From: Adineta vaga
Taxonomy: Eukaryota; Animalia; Rotifera
Direction: 5' to 3'
DNA: 64,000 nucleotides
NCBI GenBank assembly: GCA_021613535.1
Contig: CP075493.1
Span: 13,330,001 to 13,394,000 of the forward strand
Shown here one piece after another: positions 51,377-64,000 of the stretch. Numbering within the stretch: the first letter of the stretch is position 1; every line of letters begins with the position of its first letter. A program made the position numbers and the translations under genes. The notes beneath the pieces were generated by a model, which worked only from the letters and a program-made list of their open reading frames with translations, had not been told where the DNA came from and did not search any database.

Positions 51377-51646
51377 TCAATTATTTGCTTGTAATAATGC
51401 TAGTTGTTCCTGTTCTTTATTCCATTGAGCAATACTAGCATGAAGAGCATCCCAATCAATGTTTATTGGAAAAACAATGGGTTGTACTGGACATGGTGGA
51501 AATATGCATATAAGTGACATTCCACCAGGAGCAGTCAAACCACTGAGATCAATTGGACCACGACGCATACGTTGATGTTGAGGAAATGCTGTTGATAATG
51601 CAACAACAAGCATGATGATGGAAATAATTGTAACGATGAAACGCAT
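51377..51646 (-). CDS. Small secreted prepropeptide (89 aa)
   Basis: Signal peptide, RMRR convertase site and a mature part with CIFPPC and a helical tail. A TATA-like element lies upstream near 51760. Confidence 0.75.
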   Translation of the reverse strand: MRFIVTIISIIMLVVALSTAFPQHQRMRRGPIDLSGLTAPGGMSLICIFPPCPVQPIVFPINIDWDALHASIAQWNKEQEQLALLQANN

Positions 51647-52630
51647 ATTGAAAAGAGTGTATGCAAGAAGAAAGTGAATAAATGAAGAGGATGATAGAAT
51701 CAGTAATGAATGTATGTGACTTTGATCAGATGTGAGAGAGAGAAAAAAAAAGATATAAGGTATATAGGCATCGGTGAAAACATGATTTGAAACATCGATA
51801 TGTTATCAGAAGCACATTTTAAGTGCATGAAGAATACTTAGATGAAACTAAAAATGCCGTATCGATATAAATTATTTGATTGCTTGTGATTCGTGATTAT
51901 AACTAATAATCAAAACAAATTTGTACTGAAAGAATTGAAATAGTTTTTAGTGACGCAATTATGTTCATATAGTTTTAGTTTTCACATTCATCCTAAGACC
52001 AACTATTAAGGAGAACAGAACATTAATGTCTCGAGTACGATGGTTGAAATTAATGTATAAAAAATCGGTACAGTAAGAGAAATAAAGAAAATAGAGTACT
52101 TGAATTTTGCAGTAGACGTTGTAAATATTGTCATGCACAACACTACAGAAGAGAAAAAGTAAAAATAAACAGTTTGCGACGTACGGTTTCCTTGTTTATA
52201 TATGAATATCTTTCGATTCATATTTATCTAATATTTTTTACATCAATTCTAAAAGAAATACTGACTTCATCTTAGTCTATTACATATCAATATAGTTAGC
52301 TAGTTCGAAAAGACACGCCGGCAAACAAGAGTAAAATTCTCTGCGTATAAGTTTTTCTTACACAACATCACAAGAACTATAGAAAAAAGCGGTGTACTAA
52401 ATCAATAAACTGTTTTTCACTTAAAACTAACAATAACTTCGTCGTTATTCTTAAAAACATTCATGATGTACAACCTACGCAACCTCAAGATCTATTCAAA
52501 TGAATGATGTATTTGCAAAACATCTATTTTCTTTTCTTCTAATCGGTTTTATGTAAATAAATTTTTTTCCTTGTACTATTTAATCGTCAATTATTTCACT
52601 GAAAATCATTCTATTGCAATTGTAGATAAC

Positions 52631-55193
52631 ATGAAACATATACCGTCTCATCTTATCTTTCTAGCAACTTTCCTATCGATCACATATAGTAGTCATTTTC
52701 GTGGTGGTACCATTACATGGTAAGTTAAATTCATATCGGAGATTTTCATAATTTTAAAATTGTTTTGTACAGGCGTCCTTGGAATAATACACCGTCGGGT
52801 AGCACAGTCAGTATCTTGTTTCGTCAACGATATTCATGGCGTCGCTTGAGTGTTCCATGTTACGATTCAACTATATCATCGAAAGGTTTAATAGGTAGTG
52901 GTAGTTGTACTTGTGTCTCTGGACCTTGCCCGACATGGTCTGCAATGAGTACATCAACACATTGTACTGATTATAGTTCTATTTTGGATGTTAGTTCTGG
53001 TGAAAGATACGAACTGCGAACAATTCCATTGAACATGTCATTCAGTATTGCTTTTCCTAGTGGCGATTGGTTTGCAAATCTTGCTAAAGGTGGTAATAGT
53101 GTATGGCGTATTACGAATCGTGTAAGCACCTTTTTTCGACCTGATGGTTATTTGAATTCTAGTCCAGTTGCTGTCACTTTGCCTATTATCTACAAAGAAA
53201 TCAATATTCAACACGTACATGTGATTCAAATGTCTGATTTTGATGGTACAGATACATTAAAATGTCGTTGGTCTAATGGATCAACAAATACTATCAATGG
53301 CTTTGATGAATGTGGTGGTGTGTGTAATGGTGTACTAATTTCTAATCTTATTGAAGAAAATTGTACAATTGTGTTTACACTAACAGTATCAGGACAATAT
53401 TCAGCAGTTGCTCTTCAAATTGAAGATTATTACAATGATTCTCAAATAGTACCAATGAGTTCTGTTCCACTTCAACTTCTGTTTTATGGCTATACAAAAC
53501 CATCGGGTTGTTCAACACCACCAGAAATCATTGGTGCTCGACCAAATCGAGGTAAATTAAGACTTCATATAATGCAATCTTTCAACAAGTATAACTCTTC
53601 ATTTTGTTACCTTGTATTGGTATACGTGATAATGTAAACATGACAGATACCGTTATCGTCCAAGTGCATTGTAGTGGATCAACTATCACCGATTTTGTTA
53701 GTAGTTCTCCTGTGGGCATGATAAAGAGTCCCATACTCAATCCAAGTCCAAGTGAGTACATTCGATGTACTCTATTCTGTTTGTCTACAGATTTATGTAT
53801 CTCTTTCAATTATAGATATCTATCATCTTGTTGTTAGCTGGATTCCCACATCTGATCAATATGGTCCGCAACCGTTTTGTGTTGGCGCTGTTGATAGCAA
53901 CAGTCTACAATCTATTCAATGGTGCATCACATATTTAGTTGGTTTTGAATCACCTCAAGTGATTAAACCACAAGTTGTACAAGGTTCAGCTTCACCAGTT
54001 TGTACCATCTTTAAAAATCATACTGTTTTCTCTATTCAAAGTAAGAGTTCTTTTTCTTTTTAAATTTCCAAATAGAGATATTTCGAAGAAAAAAAGTCGA
54101 CTAATATCAATATGCTTCATTTTATTCGTAGCTACAAGATCAGTCAATCGTCCAACACGTAATGGTACATTTATTTATTTCTGGAATGCTAGTGCTGGTG
54201 GTACACTTGTTCGAAAATTCGATTGTGGTTGGGAATCAGAAGTGACATACACAGGTTTTACTACGATAATCCGTTTTCCTACTGCACCATGGACTGAAGG
54301 ACATTTCTTCTATGTTACAATGGATGGTGGTATGAATGATAAAAGTTTTTCTTCTATTTTAGTAATTAAACATATTTTTAATTGATCTCTCTAAGGTGTT
54401 GCTAGTGGAACAGACTTCTGTGGTAAGTAACTGTCTATCACCGATAGTCATTGAGAGAAACATAGTATTTTAGGTCCTGAATCTGATGCTATAACTAGTA
54501 ATACCTTTTGGATATTTAACATTTGGAATCCAGCAGTATCATCGACAACAACAACAACGACCACTCCCTTCACAACAGTTACAGTCACGACAAAGCCAAC
54601 ATCAACTACAAGTATTAATACACTCGTAAGTTCATTGAATATTTTTCTTCTCATCTTACCCATTTTGAACGTTGATTTAGCTGACAACAACTGGTATTGT
54701 AATAACAACAACAGTTCCTCTAACTACTATCCTAACGACTACAACTACAACAATTGCAACGACAGTTGGTAAGATTCTTCATAAACGAGTTTATAGAGCA
54801 CTTTTTTAATTAATACGCAATTAAATATATTGTCTTCATATCTATGTATAGTTGCTTTGTATATTTTTAGCTTCTACAAGCGCTGGTTCAACTCTATCAT
54901 CGGCAACTACAGAGTCAACAGTGGCTATTATGTATCCAAAGGACTTCGTAAGTTTCAAATTGAATATAATCGATTTCTTCAATATACTGTATGTCTCTAT
55001 ACATACATTATAGAAAGATGCATGCAAACAACCGATTATAATTCTAACTGTTGCCACGATGGCTATTATGGCTCCCATACAAGCCTTAACAATGTATGCT
55101 GCATTTACAAAATTTTCGAGCATGTTCAATCCATTACATACGAATGTTAAAATCAGACACAAACAAAGAATGAGAAAAGTTATGCCTCATTGA
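52631..55193 (+). CDS. Multi-exon type I membrane adhesion-like protein with N-terminal SHFRGGTITW domain, Ig-like domains and Thr-rich stalk
   Basis: Signal peptide + SHFRGGTITW, NSSPV, D.DG.D.L.CRW, VALQIED; Thr-rich exons; C-terminal hydrophobic segment. Many GT-AG introns; the exact exon chain was not fully resolved. Confidence 0.75.
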
Positions 55194-55800
55194 ATATACG
55201 AGTGAAATTAGAATGGTTCCTACATTAATCCAGAATCTTTTTTTTTGTATTTGTTGATGTGCCTAATCAAAAGCTTGACTATATACGTCATAATCATTGT
55301 CTTTTTTCTTCTCTAATCTCGAATAAAACCTATATATAAAAAGTACTCTTTTTGTTGTGCGATGAGAAGAAGTATGGTAACATAGTTTTATATCAGAATC
55401 TTTTTTGATCAGTATTTAACTTTCATGTTAAAGCTACAGTGACTACATCTAAAAAAAAAGGATCGTTACCATCAAGGTTGTTCTTTTTCGTTCTATTGAT
55501 CTGAAGTGTAGAATAGTAAACAAGGTCATCGTCTCTGATTTTTTATTCAAACTAGAAAGAGAACGCATGGTATGAGTCAATGTGTTTTTAGATAGACAGA
55601 AAAATTATTTTGTACAGTAATGGGACATTTCCCAGATCGAAGCAAAACAACTTTCACGTCATGTATCTTGTTGTGTTGTTGTTGTTTAACCAATATTTGG
55701 CAACATGATGTAATTGAAGCATGGATATAAAAGTGGACAAGAACCACCATTCAAGTATTCGTCTCTCTTCATTCATCATTTATTCCTAATACGATCGATC

Positions 55801-56834
55801 ATGAAATTCGCTGTGATTCTCTTCTGTTTAACATTTATATATTGCAGTTATGGAAAACAGTATCTATGTGATTCTACAGCTAAATGTGGTTGTTCACACA
55901 AATCTCCAGTACTCAAAAGAATCATTAGTAGAGAGCTCAATACCGAAAGCTATTGGAGATGGGTTGTTAGTATCAAACATGTGAATCAATTTACTTGTGG
56001 TGGATCGATCTTATCAAATTCATGGATTCTTACATCAGCTACTTGTGTCAATATAATACCTCCTCAATATTTATCCATCTCTGCTGGATCAAATAATATT
56101 CAATTTGGTAAACAGATACGTTCAGCAGCTAAGATTATTATACATCCAAAATTTAACAGTACTGATAATACCAATGACATTGCTTTGATTCATTTGGAAA
56201 CACCATTAGATATGGATGATCTATCTGTAGCATCAATATGTTTACCATCTCAAACATCAAAAAGTTATTCTCAAGAAATTTCATCCGTGAGTTTTTTTTT
56301 CGTTTTCTAATCATATATAATTCTTTTATGACCTTTCAGTTAATATCAGTCGGATGGGGAGTATCACATGGATTGACAGTAGTAAGTCCTAATGAGAAAG
56401 GATATGGAATACTTCGAGAAATACCAGTGAGAGCTGTTTCAAATGATGATGAAGAATGTAAATCATTGATTCATGATAATACAGCACAACTGTGTGCCCA
56501 AGTAGATAATTCACAACAAGGTAAAAACCAGACAATTTTATTTACTAAATATTCGAAGAAATCAATGTTTTTATATGTTCATTTAGATACTTGTGCAGGC
56601 GATGCAGGCAATCCATTAATGATGTACACATCAAGCAGACAATGGACTGTTGTTGGACTTGTTTCATATGGGATAGGATGTGATGGGTAAGTATTATGAA
56701 AGAAAAAATAAATACGAAAACATCCTCTCTTCTTTTTTAGTACATATCCTAGTGTTTATACACGTGTATCTAACTATTTGGACTGGATCAAATCGAACGT
56801 TGAAGATGCCATTGTCATCAGCACGAAAAAATAG
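55801..56834 (+). CDS. Secreted trypsin-family serine protease homologue, catalytically dead (4 exons)
   Basis: CGGSILSNSWILTSATC (His lost), NDIALI (Asp kept), DTCAGDAGNPL (Ser lost), VSYGIGC, VYTRVS.YLDWI. Confidence 0.88.
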
Positions 56835-57425
56835 ACGAAATTGTCGACTGTAGTACTTCATCGCACATAAACTTCGTACTTTTTGTTTTCCATTCTATGT
56901 ACATTCTTCTCTTTCTTATATAATTATTCTTTTTTCCTTTTTTTCTTCAAATAAACTATTTATTTTTAAACTAATACGCTGTTGCACCTTACTAAGAGAA
57001 ATATCACAAATGGCATCGTTAGTTTCATACTCTAGGATATTTCGTATGCGTAGCAGTTTATCCGATTCTTCATCGTATCGAGAAGAAACGCGATGGAAAT
57101 ATGAGCGTCGTGCGAAATTGATTAACTGACTTACCTTTACCTACGCCATCACATACACTCCTTGTATTTCATTTTGTCTCAAATTGTCAACACAATGGAC
57201 AGATTTCGAAAGTAAATATCAATGGATCAGCATTATTTTACTAAGAATATTGACTCGATATATTCGAACGGAGGAGATTAATGTGATATGATCTTTTTTA
57301 ATAAATGTTTTATTTTCTTTTTCTTTTGGATTTATATAATACGTCAATCCTGATAAACGAACGAGAATTACTTCACAAAATATCCTGTTCTGCAGATTCT
57401 TCCTTCAATATTCAAACTCAATCAA

Positions 57426-58538
57426 ATGATTCGAACATATTTCGCTGTCACTATTGTACTCATCAAACTTGTTGTTTGTTTATCGTCATCGAACAATAAT
57501 CTTACAGCGACAAAAACCATCGAAATTCGTCCTGGAATTACATATGAATATCTTTATGTCAAAGCTATCAATAATAAACCAACTCTCTTATTTCTTCATG
57601 GGTTTCCTTCATCTTATCATTCGTGGCGTCATCAAACTAACTATTTTTCACAACAAGGTTACGGATGTCTCGTACCTAACTTAATGGGCTATGGAAAAAC
57701 TTATTCTCCATCAAACGACAATGAATACAATAGTAAAGCAATGATCGATCATCTCATGATTTTACTCGACCGTGTTGGTCTTAGTAATTCATCCGTTTTC
57801 GTTATTGGACATGACTGGGGTGCACGAACAGCGAGTCGATTTGTTTTGTATCATCCTGAACGAACAATCAGTGCTATACTTCTTAGTGTTGCTTATAGTC
57901 CACCAGTGAAATTTAATTTAAGCCTCGCTCTTCAACAATCTCTACAAGTAAATGGTTATGAAAGTATTGGATATTGGGAATTCTTTCAAGCGAATGATGC
58001 AGCAGACATTATTGAGAGAAATGTCGATAGTTTTATTGATCTTCTCTTTGCTAGTAATACAACACTTTCAAAAACAGATTTTGCTCCAGTTAATAAAGTT
58101 CGACAGTGGTTAACCAATGGAAAACGAACAAATCGATCTTTATACATGACACAAGATGACTATTCTACAGTTCGTGCATATCTTTCTGCGGGAATGCAAC
58201 AAAAATTGAATTGGTTCAAAGCAGTAATTGCTAATGTCGATTGGAATTATGAGAAAACGCTTAATGCAACAGTACAACGACCTGTACTTTATATTGGAGG
58301 TAGTAAAGATTATATCGGTATTATTGGTGCTGCTGAGCGACAAAAGAATTATATTAAAAATCTAGAAATAGTCGAAGTTGACACTGGTCATTGGGTAATG
58401 GAAGAAAAACCAAATGATGTCAATCGAGAGATTGATCGTTGGATTAAGAAAATTATGACACACAACTCTGCTACGACTTCTTTTCTATTGAAATCCTATA
58501 TCTATTCTCTTATTCTGTATTTGATTTTAATCATTTAA
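57426..58538 (+). CDS. Epoxide hydrolase-like alpha/beta hydrolase with signal peptide and hydrophobic C-tail (intronless)
   Basis: LHGFP, GYG, IGHDWG (Asp nucleophile), GGSKD, TGHWV (His). Confidence 0.9.
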   Translation: MIRTYFAVTIVLIKLVVCLSSSNNNLTATKTIEIRPGITYEYLYVKAINNKPTLLFLHGFPSSYHSWRHQTNYFSQQGYGCLVPNLMGYGKTYSPSNDNEYNSKAMIDHLMILLDRVGLSNSSVFVIGHDWGARTASRFVLYHPERTISAILLSVAYSPPVKFNLSLALQQSLQVNGYESIGYWEFFQANDAADIIERNVDSFIDLLFASNTTLSKTDFAPVNKVRQWLTNGKRTNRSLYMTQDDYSTVRAYLSAGMQQKLNWFKAVIANVDWNYEKTLNATVQRPVLYIGGSKDYIGIIGAAERQKNYIKNLEIVEVDTGHWVMEEKPNDVNREIDRWIKKIMTHNSATTSFLLKSYIYSLILYLILII

Positions 58539-59317
58539 ATAAAGTTCGTCATAATATGATTCTATTACTACAACACCAATTAAGAATACAAATTCAGTAT
58601 ATTTCTTCTTCAATTCGAATCAATCAGAATGAGAAATACATTTCTCTAGCGATTTGAATTGCGAACGAATTATTGCTAGTAAATTTCATCACATATTCAA
58701 TGGTCATCGTAGAAGAGTTTCTCATCAATTTTAACATGGCTACAAATGTTTCTCTCTCTTCCTAAAAATAACTTAATGTCTGCAAATCGTTTAAACGGTG
58801 AGTGAAACTGAGCATAATAAATGAATAGAATAATAATGATAGAGAGAAAAACAATGTTGCGCACCATAGTCGTGATTTAACACATCGATTCAATCGTTCG
58901 AGAAGAATAGATGAAATACAAAACGATCGTTTACCCTGTTCGATGCGATAGAATGAAATAAACTAGGATGAAAAACAAAAAAGCATACTTATTTACATTC
59001 TTTCGATACAATGAATCGAGAAGAAAAATAGCACAACAAAAATACACTAGTGAACGTGATCAAACGAAACTTTGTTCTTTTTTCACAGGAAAAAGAAGAA
59101 AAACGTCATTCTATTCACATTTACGTATATAAACAATCCACGACTTGGTAACACATGAGTTTATTTTCATAGAAAGTCTATCATTCTTTTTCACTAGAAG
59201 TTCGAAAAACAAACAAATTAAACAAGGGGTATGCGTATATTTGTAGGTATTTTTTAAATTTGTATTATGAACAGGAAAACCTTGGGAAAATAAAAAGTCG
59301 ATCGTGTTTTATCTGAA

Positions 59318-60514
59318 ATGGGATGCACATGTAGTAAATGCGATTGCTCTACTTGCTGTTGTTGTTGTTGTGAAGATGATCTTGTACCACAACAACAACA
59401 GTTGTCATCGTACCACGAACATCCCATGCCTACGAATACAAAAATCCTTAAATCTATGCCACAAGGACCTGCTGCTATAGAACGTATGAAAAAATTTGGT
59501 ATTACTACACGTAATGTTTCGAAATTAACCGATGGTTATCAAAACGAAACAGTTACATCGCTTGAAGATGCTTTGAAATTTTTTAATCGTAAACTTGTTT
59601 ATCTACCTGAATCTATCAAAAAAGCGAAAGAAAAATGTAATCGAAAAAAATATAATCTTACTCATGATGAATCAGCTGCGATCTATCTCTATTCAATGGC
59701 ACGAAAACCAACATCATTTTTTGATGAATTGCAACGAGATTCGATTCAGGAGAACGTGCACAACTTTTACCATGGTTTAAATATTTAAAATTATTGAAAA
59801 ATGCATATGATAAATTACCTTATGCAAAATCAGAAATTTTGCAAGGAGGAGAAATTTCTGGGAAACTAGAAGAGAGTATCACGTCAAATGCCAAACCTGA
59901 CAGTTCTCATTTCGGTTCACATTCCCAATCTGACAGTTCATCTTTTAGTTCACAATCCAAATTATATTATTCTTCTCTTGGTTCCGCTTCGCTATCAATT
60001 GCTGAAATAAATACAAATCTGCTTGGACCGGGAACTTTTCTTAGTTATGAATCGTTAAGTGGCAAAGATATTAGTGATTTTACAGAAGGTAACATACCTG
60101 AATTTTTGATTTGGCCAGGAACGAAATTAAGTATAGCTAAAATAATGAAACAGCAAGCTGATGGTTCAATAGTTATACATTTAACAACGAAACTTCGTAA
60201 GTAAATCTTGTGTAATCTAAAATTAGCAACTGAAATATTTGCTTATTTATTCTTTAGCTCTACCGAAACCAATAGACGAAGTATTAGAACCTGAAAGACA
60301 CTTTGTTTGTCAAAATAATAATTGTCGCTATGCTTGTCGTGGAAATCATAAAACAAATCATTGTTATGGCTTTGCATCTATTGACCACAAGTGTGAACAT
60401 CATTGTGTACATATAAACGAATGTTTGATATGTGGTGATAATGAATCGAAATTACGCGAATGTAATCAATGTAAACATTGCTTTTGTGATAGATGTTGTC
60501 TTCAATACTTATGA
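59318..60514 (+). pseudogene. Lipid-anchored (MGC.C..CCCCC) degenerate ART-domain protein with C-terminal Cys/His-rich module; frameshift near 59740
   Basis: SLEDAL...LTHDESAAIYLYS, then in a shifted frame PWFKYLKLL..AYDKLP...GKDISDF....EFLIWPGT. The last exon is Cys/His-rich. Confidence 0.7.
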
Positions 60515-61364
60515 ACGGATAATTTTTAAAGTTTTCCATAATAAATAAATATGTATCTCTCATCAATTCAGCAGAGAAGTAGGTTATAACTATAATGTTA
60601 TATGATTATGTACTATTGTTCGAAGTGATCTGATCAGATATCGACATTTGTCCATTATTGTTAATAAAAGGTTGCTGTATGACGAGCACTACCATCTTCA
60701 TAGGTTTTCATCTCGTTGATTTGGTATGACAAAAAACATGATGATGATTCAACGACGTTGTAAACTTCGATGTTACTTTTTTGTTACTATAATTATCTTT
60801 CGTATATGCGTCTCGTTCCTATGCATACTTTTCAAACAAAAATAAAATTGACGATTAAGAATGATTTTAGATTTATCTTTTTGTCTCTATTATAATGTGT
60901 ATAGAACAATCAAAATACTTTAGATATTATAGGACTTATGTTCTGGTTATTTACCCTTCTCTTATCACACATAATATATATTAAGCAAACTGCATTTGTT
61001 GATAAACATCGAGTCATTTCATTCGTTTACCTGTGTGATTCAAAGAACAATGTTTGGTTTTTTCCCTTCAGGTAGTAAATAGATAATATCCACAGTATGA
61101 CTGAATCGTTGTGTATAAATGTCTGAAATTTTTTGTCTGAAATAATTTGACAAGTAGTTAGGAGTAAGTAGAGCACATTCATTTCATCAATTCTATTTAG
61201 CATTGATCTATTTGAAGAAGACTTCATCTAGTCTTTTTTTGTATTCTTTTTCTCAAACGTAGAACAACTTAACATGTTGACAATGTACAATATTCTTCAT
61301 AAAGACGATAAATAATAGAAACATGCATTGTAGTTCGATTTAATGCTTGAATTTTCTATAGATA

Positions 61365-63321
61365 ATGCATCGAAGTATTTTCTGCACGACAGGAACGATT
61401 GTACGTACATATCGTTCCGCATTCGCCAGTTATTCAACACTTGGAAATTGGTTTTCATCTAAGATAAGGAACCAGGATGGTTTCTTTAGTAAAAAACAAA
61501 AGAGTACGGTAGAAAATAACATGTTTACAAAAGGTAATAAAAATATATATAAAGCTTTATGTATTATACATTGTATGATGGAACTAATCATTTATTTTTC
61601 GTTTAAATGAAGATGTAAAAGCAAAGCAGCAATCACCCAGCAATGTATTCGAAAATCGCGTTCCATTCACTGCAACTCCAGATTTAATTTCAAATCAATC
61701 GATAAGTGTTGCAGATTTTATTCCTAATTTTACAGCTAAATCTCAACCAATACCAACCTCTAATTCATCCTCAAAACTATTATGCTTGACGAATGAAATA
61801 AAAAATGCATCACAGTTAACAAGCGAACATTGGACATATATATTTAAAACATGTAATCTTGGTAAAGGATTATTTACTAATGAATTGAAACCAAAACATA
61901 GTCATAGATCATCCATTCAATTGAAAGACAATGCAGAACCAGAAACCATTATCTATGATACTTCAAATATCGATGCACGTGTAACTTACACCGAACGAAG
62001 TAAATTATTCGTTGAAAATAAATTCAATGAAATGGACACAAACTTTTCATGCCCATTTGTTTCCTTTTCTCATACGAACGAGAAAAACGAAAAAGTAACT
62101 GGTAACTCTTCAAAGAGCCACTTATTTACAACCTGTATGTGGAATTTTCCGCGTGTTTCAATTAAATTAGACAGTCGTAGTGTTGAGCCGACGGACGTAT
62201 TTTTACATGATATAGACAGTATATTAAGTTTACCAATGGAAGATCAGTATGACAAATTTGTAACGTTATTTTCAATCTATGGACATTCTATTGCAACTGA
62301 ACTAATAATTGGAGGACAATTATATCATACGGATATGCGAGAAAAGAAAGATTCCGTAAATCTTTTAGAACATATAGAAGAACGAAAGCAAGAATTTCGA
62401 ACAGCTCTAAATCCAATCACTGTATCAACTGAGACATTCGTGACAGTCAAGGCAAATGCTGATACAGGTATAAAAACTGAAGCGAAATCTAGAAAAGAAG
62501 ACAATCGGCAAATAGTGAATACAATTTTTCAAGCAACTGGCGGTGACACATTAAAGTGTCAAAATCCAAGTGAATGGGTTTCAACAATTCAAGATTTCCT
62601 TAACTGGCGAGTTATCAAAATTGATGAAGTATTACCGCTCTATAAAATATTAGACAGCCAACGGCAATGTAAAATCGAATCTGTATTATATCGACATCAG
62701 TCAAAAGCGATTGTATCAGACAACAAACCGATGAGAGACGAAACAAGCATCCTCACACCTACACCTTCAACACCACCAACAACTGTTGGAACAAAATTGC
62801 CTATAATGAGTATAGGAATTGTCAGCAAGTATTCCGGGACACCAAAGGGATATCAATGTATTACAAAAGGTAAATATATATTTGTCATAACTTATTTCTT
62901 TATCTAATATCTGTTTGAAGTTTATGGTGATAATGTTAATACCGCCTGTTTGGCACCGTATTCGTTTTGGCGACGTAAAGATCGCTACTTGTGCATAAGA
63001 CATGTTTCTTCTCTCACTGATCATCGTATTCCTGTATTAGAAGATATTTTGTTGATGGAAAAAAGTGATGTACCGCCGATAAACTATCAGCCACTATCGT
63101 TAACTATTGATAGAGAACAAATAGCTACATGGAAAACAATGATTTATATAAAAATGACTGCACTTGAATCATGCACAAATTGTATTTATGATATTATATT
63201 TTTAACTTCTCTGGAAAAGCGTCCAGAAAGTTATACACACATTGGCGAAATAGCTGGTTTAAAAATGTGTATTCAGCGAGGTGATATTCCATCTCTTAGA
63301 CGAGATATACAACATAATTGA
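61365..63321 (+). CDS. MACPF pore-forming domain fused to MABP (MVB12-associated beta-prism) domain, ~608 aa; exons 61365-61533, 61613-62869, 62921-63321
   Basis: F..LFSIYGHSIATELIIGGQL MACPF signature, GGD and W..T....NWRVI. The C-terminus LPIMSIGIV....TPKGY.CI...RYLC...IYDII.L...P..YT.IGEI.GL.MC is MABP-like. The introns join the exons in frame. Confidence 0.82.
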
Positions 63322-64000
63322 GTGTATTTTTTTACATTATAAATAAAGAATAAAAGTTACAATCGAGCATTCGAGTGTTTTTCCAAAACATTTCTTCTAT
63401 ATGCGAATATTCAGTTATTTTAAGGATGTGGGTGCAGTGTTCATTTATCATCTACACAGATATCGTCACACTTTAAAGATTAAAGAGAGACGACAGCCGA
63501 ATAATTCTATGTTTTATTGTCAAATACAATAATGACTTGAGTATAATAGCTGAAACAGAAGAATGGAGATATTAAAGCAAGACACACTCCTAAAAATTAC
63601 TGCTGTTTTTCTGAGTAATCCGTTCTATTCGAATTATCTAAACTGTGAGTATAGAGTTAAAAACAATCGAAACAAACGATGACCTTGTGGATTAAAAAAC
63701 ATCTAGAAATATAATTACTCACTCACTTTGAAATTAGTGCGCAAGATTTGCACAATACAAGCACTCTATCAAAATAAATAGGAAGAGAAATCAACTATAT
63801 ACATGAGTTATCGATCATTCCTTACCTTTGTATAGATCTTCATTGAGCTCATCTAATCTCTCTAAAGCATTACTGAAACCCTAAATGATTCATATTTCAT
63901 TCGATCCACGAACGAAATATGTTCATTTTAACAAACCTGTGGTTCATTTCTAATCTTTTTTCGATATGCTTTCACCATTTCTTGTTGACGTTCAGAACCT

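Overview
AT-rich eukaryotic DNA with many short (about 45-80 nt) GT-AG introns. The gene families (NHL-repeat, F-box, ART-TPR, orphan GPCR, Cys-rich multi-TM repeat proteins, intronless bacterial/fungal-like enzymes) point to a bdelloid rotifer (Adineta/Rotaria-like; inferred, species not determinable). About 28 genes and pseudogenes are visible, with no rRNA, tRNA, CRISPR or recognisable transposase. Highlights: (1) a 5-exon, ~2155-aa ankyrin-WWE-DEAH helicase-KH-like-class II nucleotidyltransferase-PARP fusion (7231-13915); (2) a >=1.8 kb inverted duplication (1-1808 / 49215-51026) of a probable 3CxxC zinc finger-TM-Thr linker-Hedgehog Hint/Hog gene, each copy carrying a different lesion; (3) a MACPF-MABP pore-former with no signal peptide and a possible mitochondrial presequence (61365-63321); (4) an 83-aa polymorphic-toxin-like ORF head-to-head with a degenerate EF1-alpha paralogue; (5) three ADP-ribosyltransferase genes and many frameshifted pseudogenes. 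Together these suggest a fast-turnover defence island. All domain calls were made by eye from motifs, without database searches.
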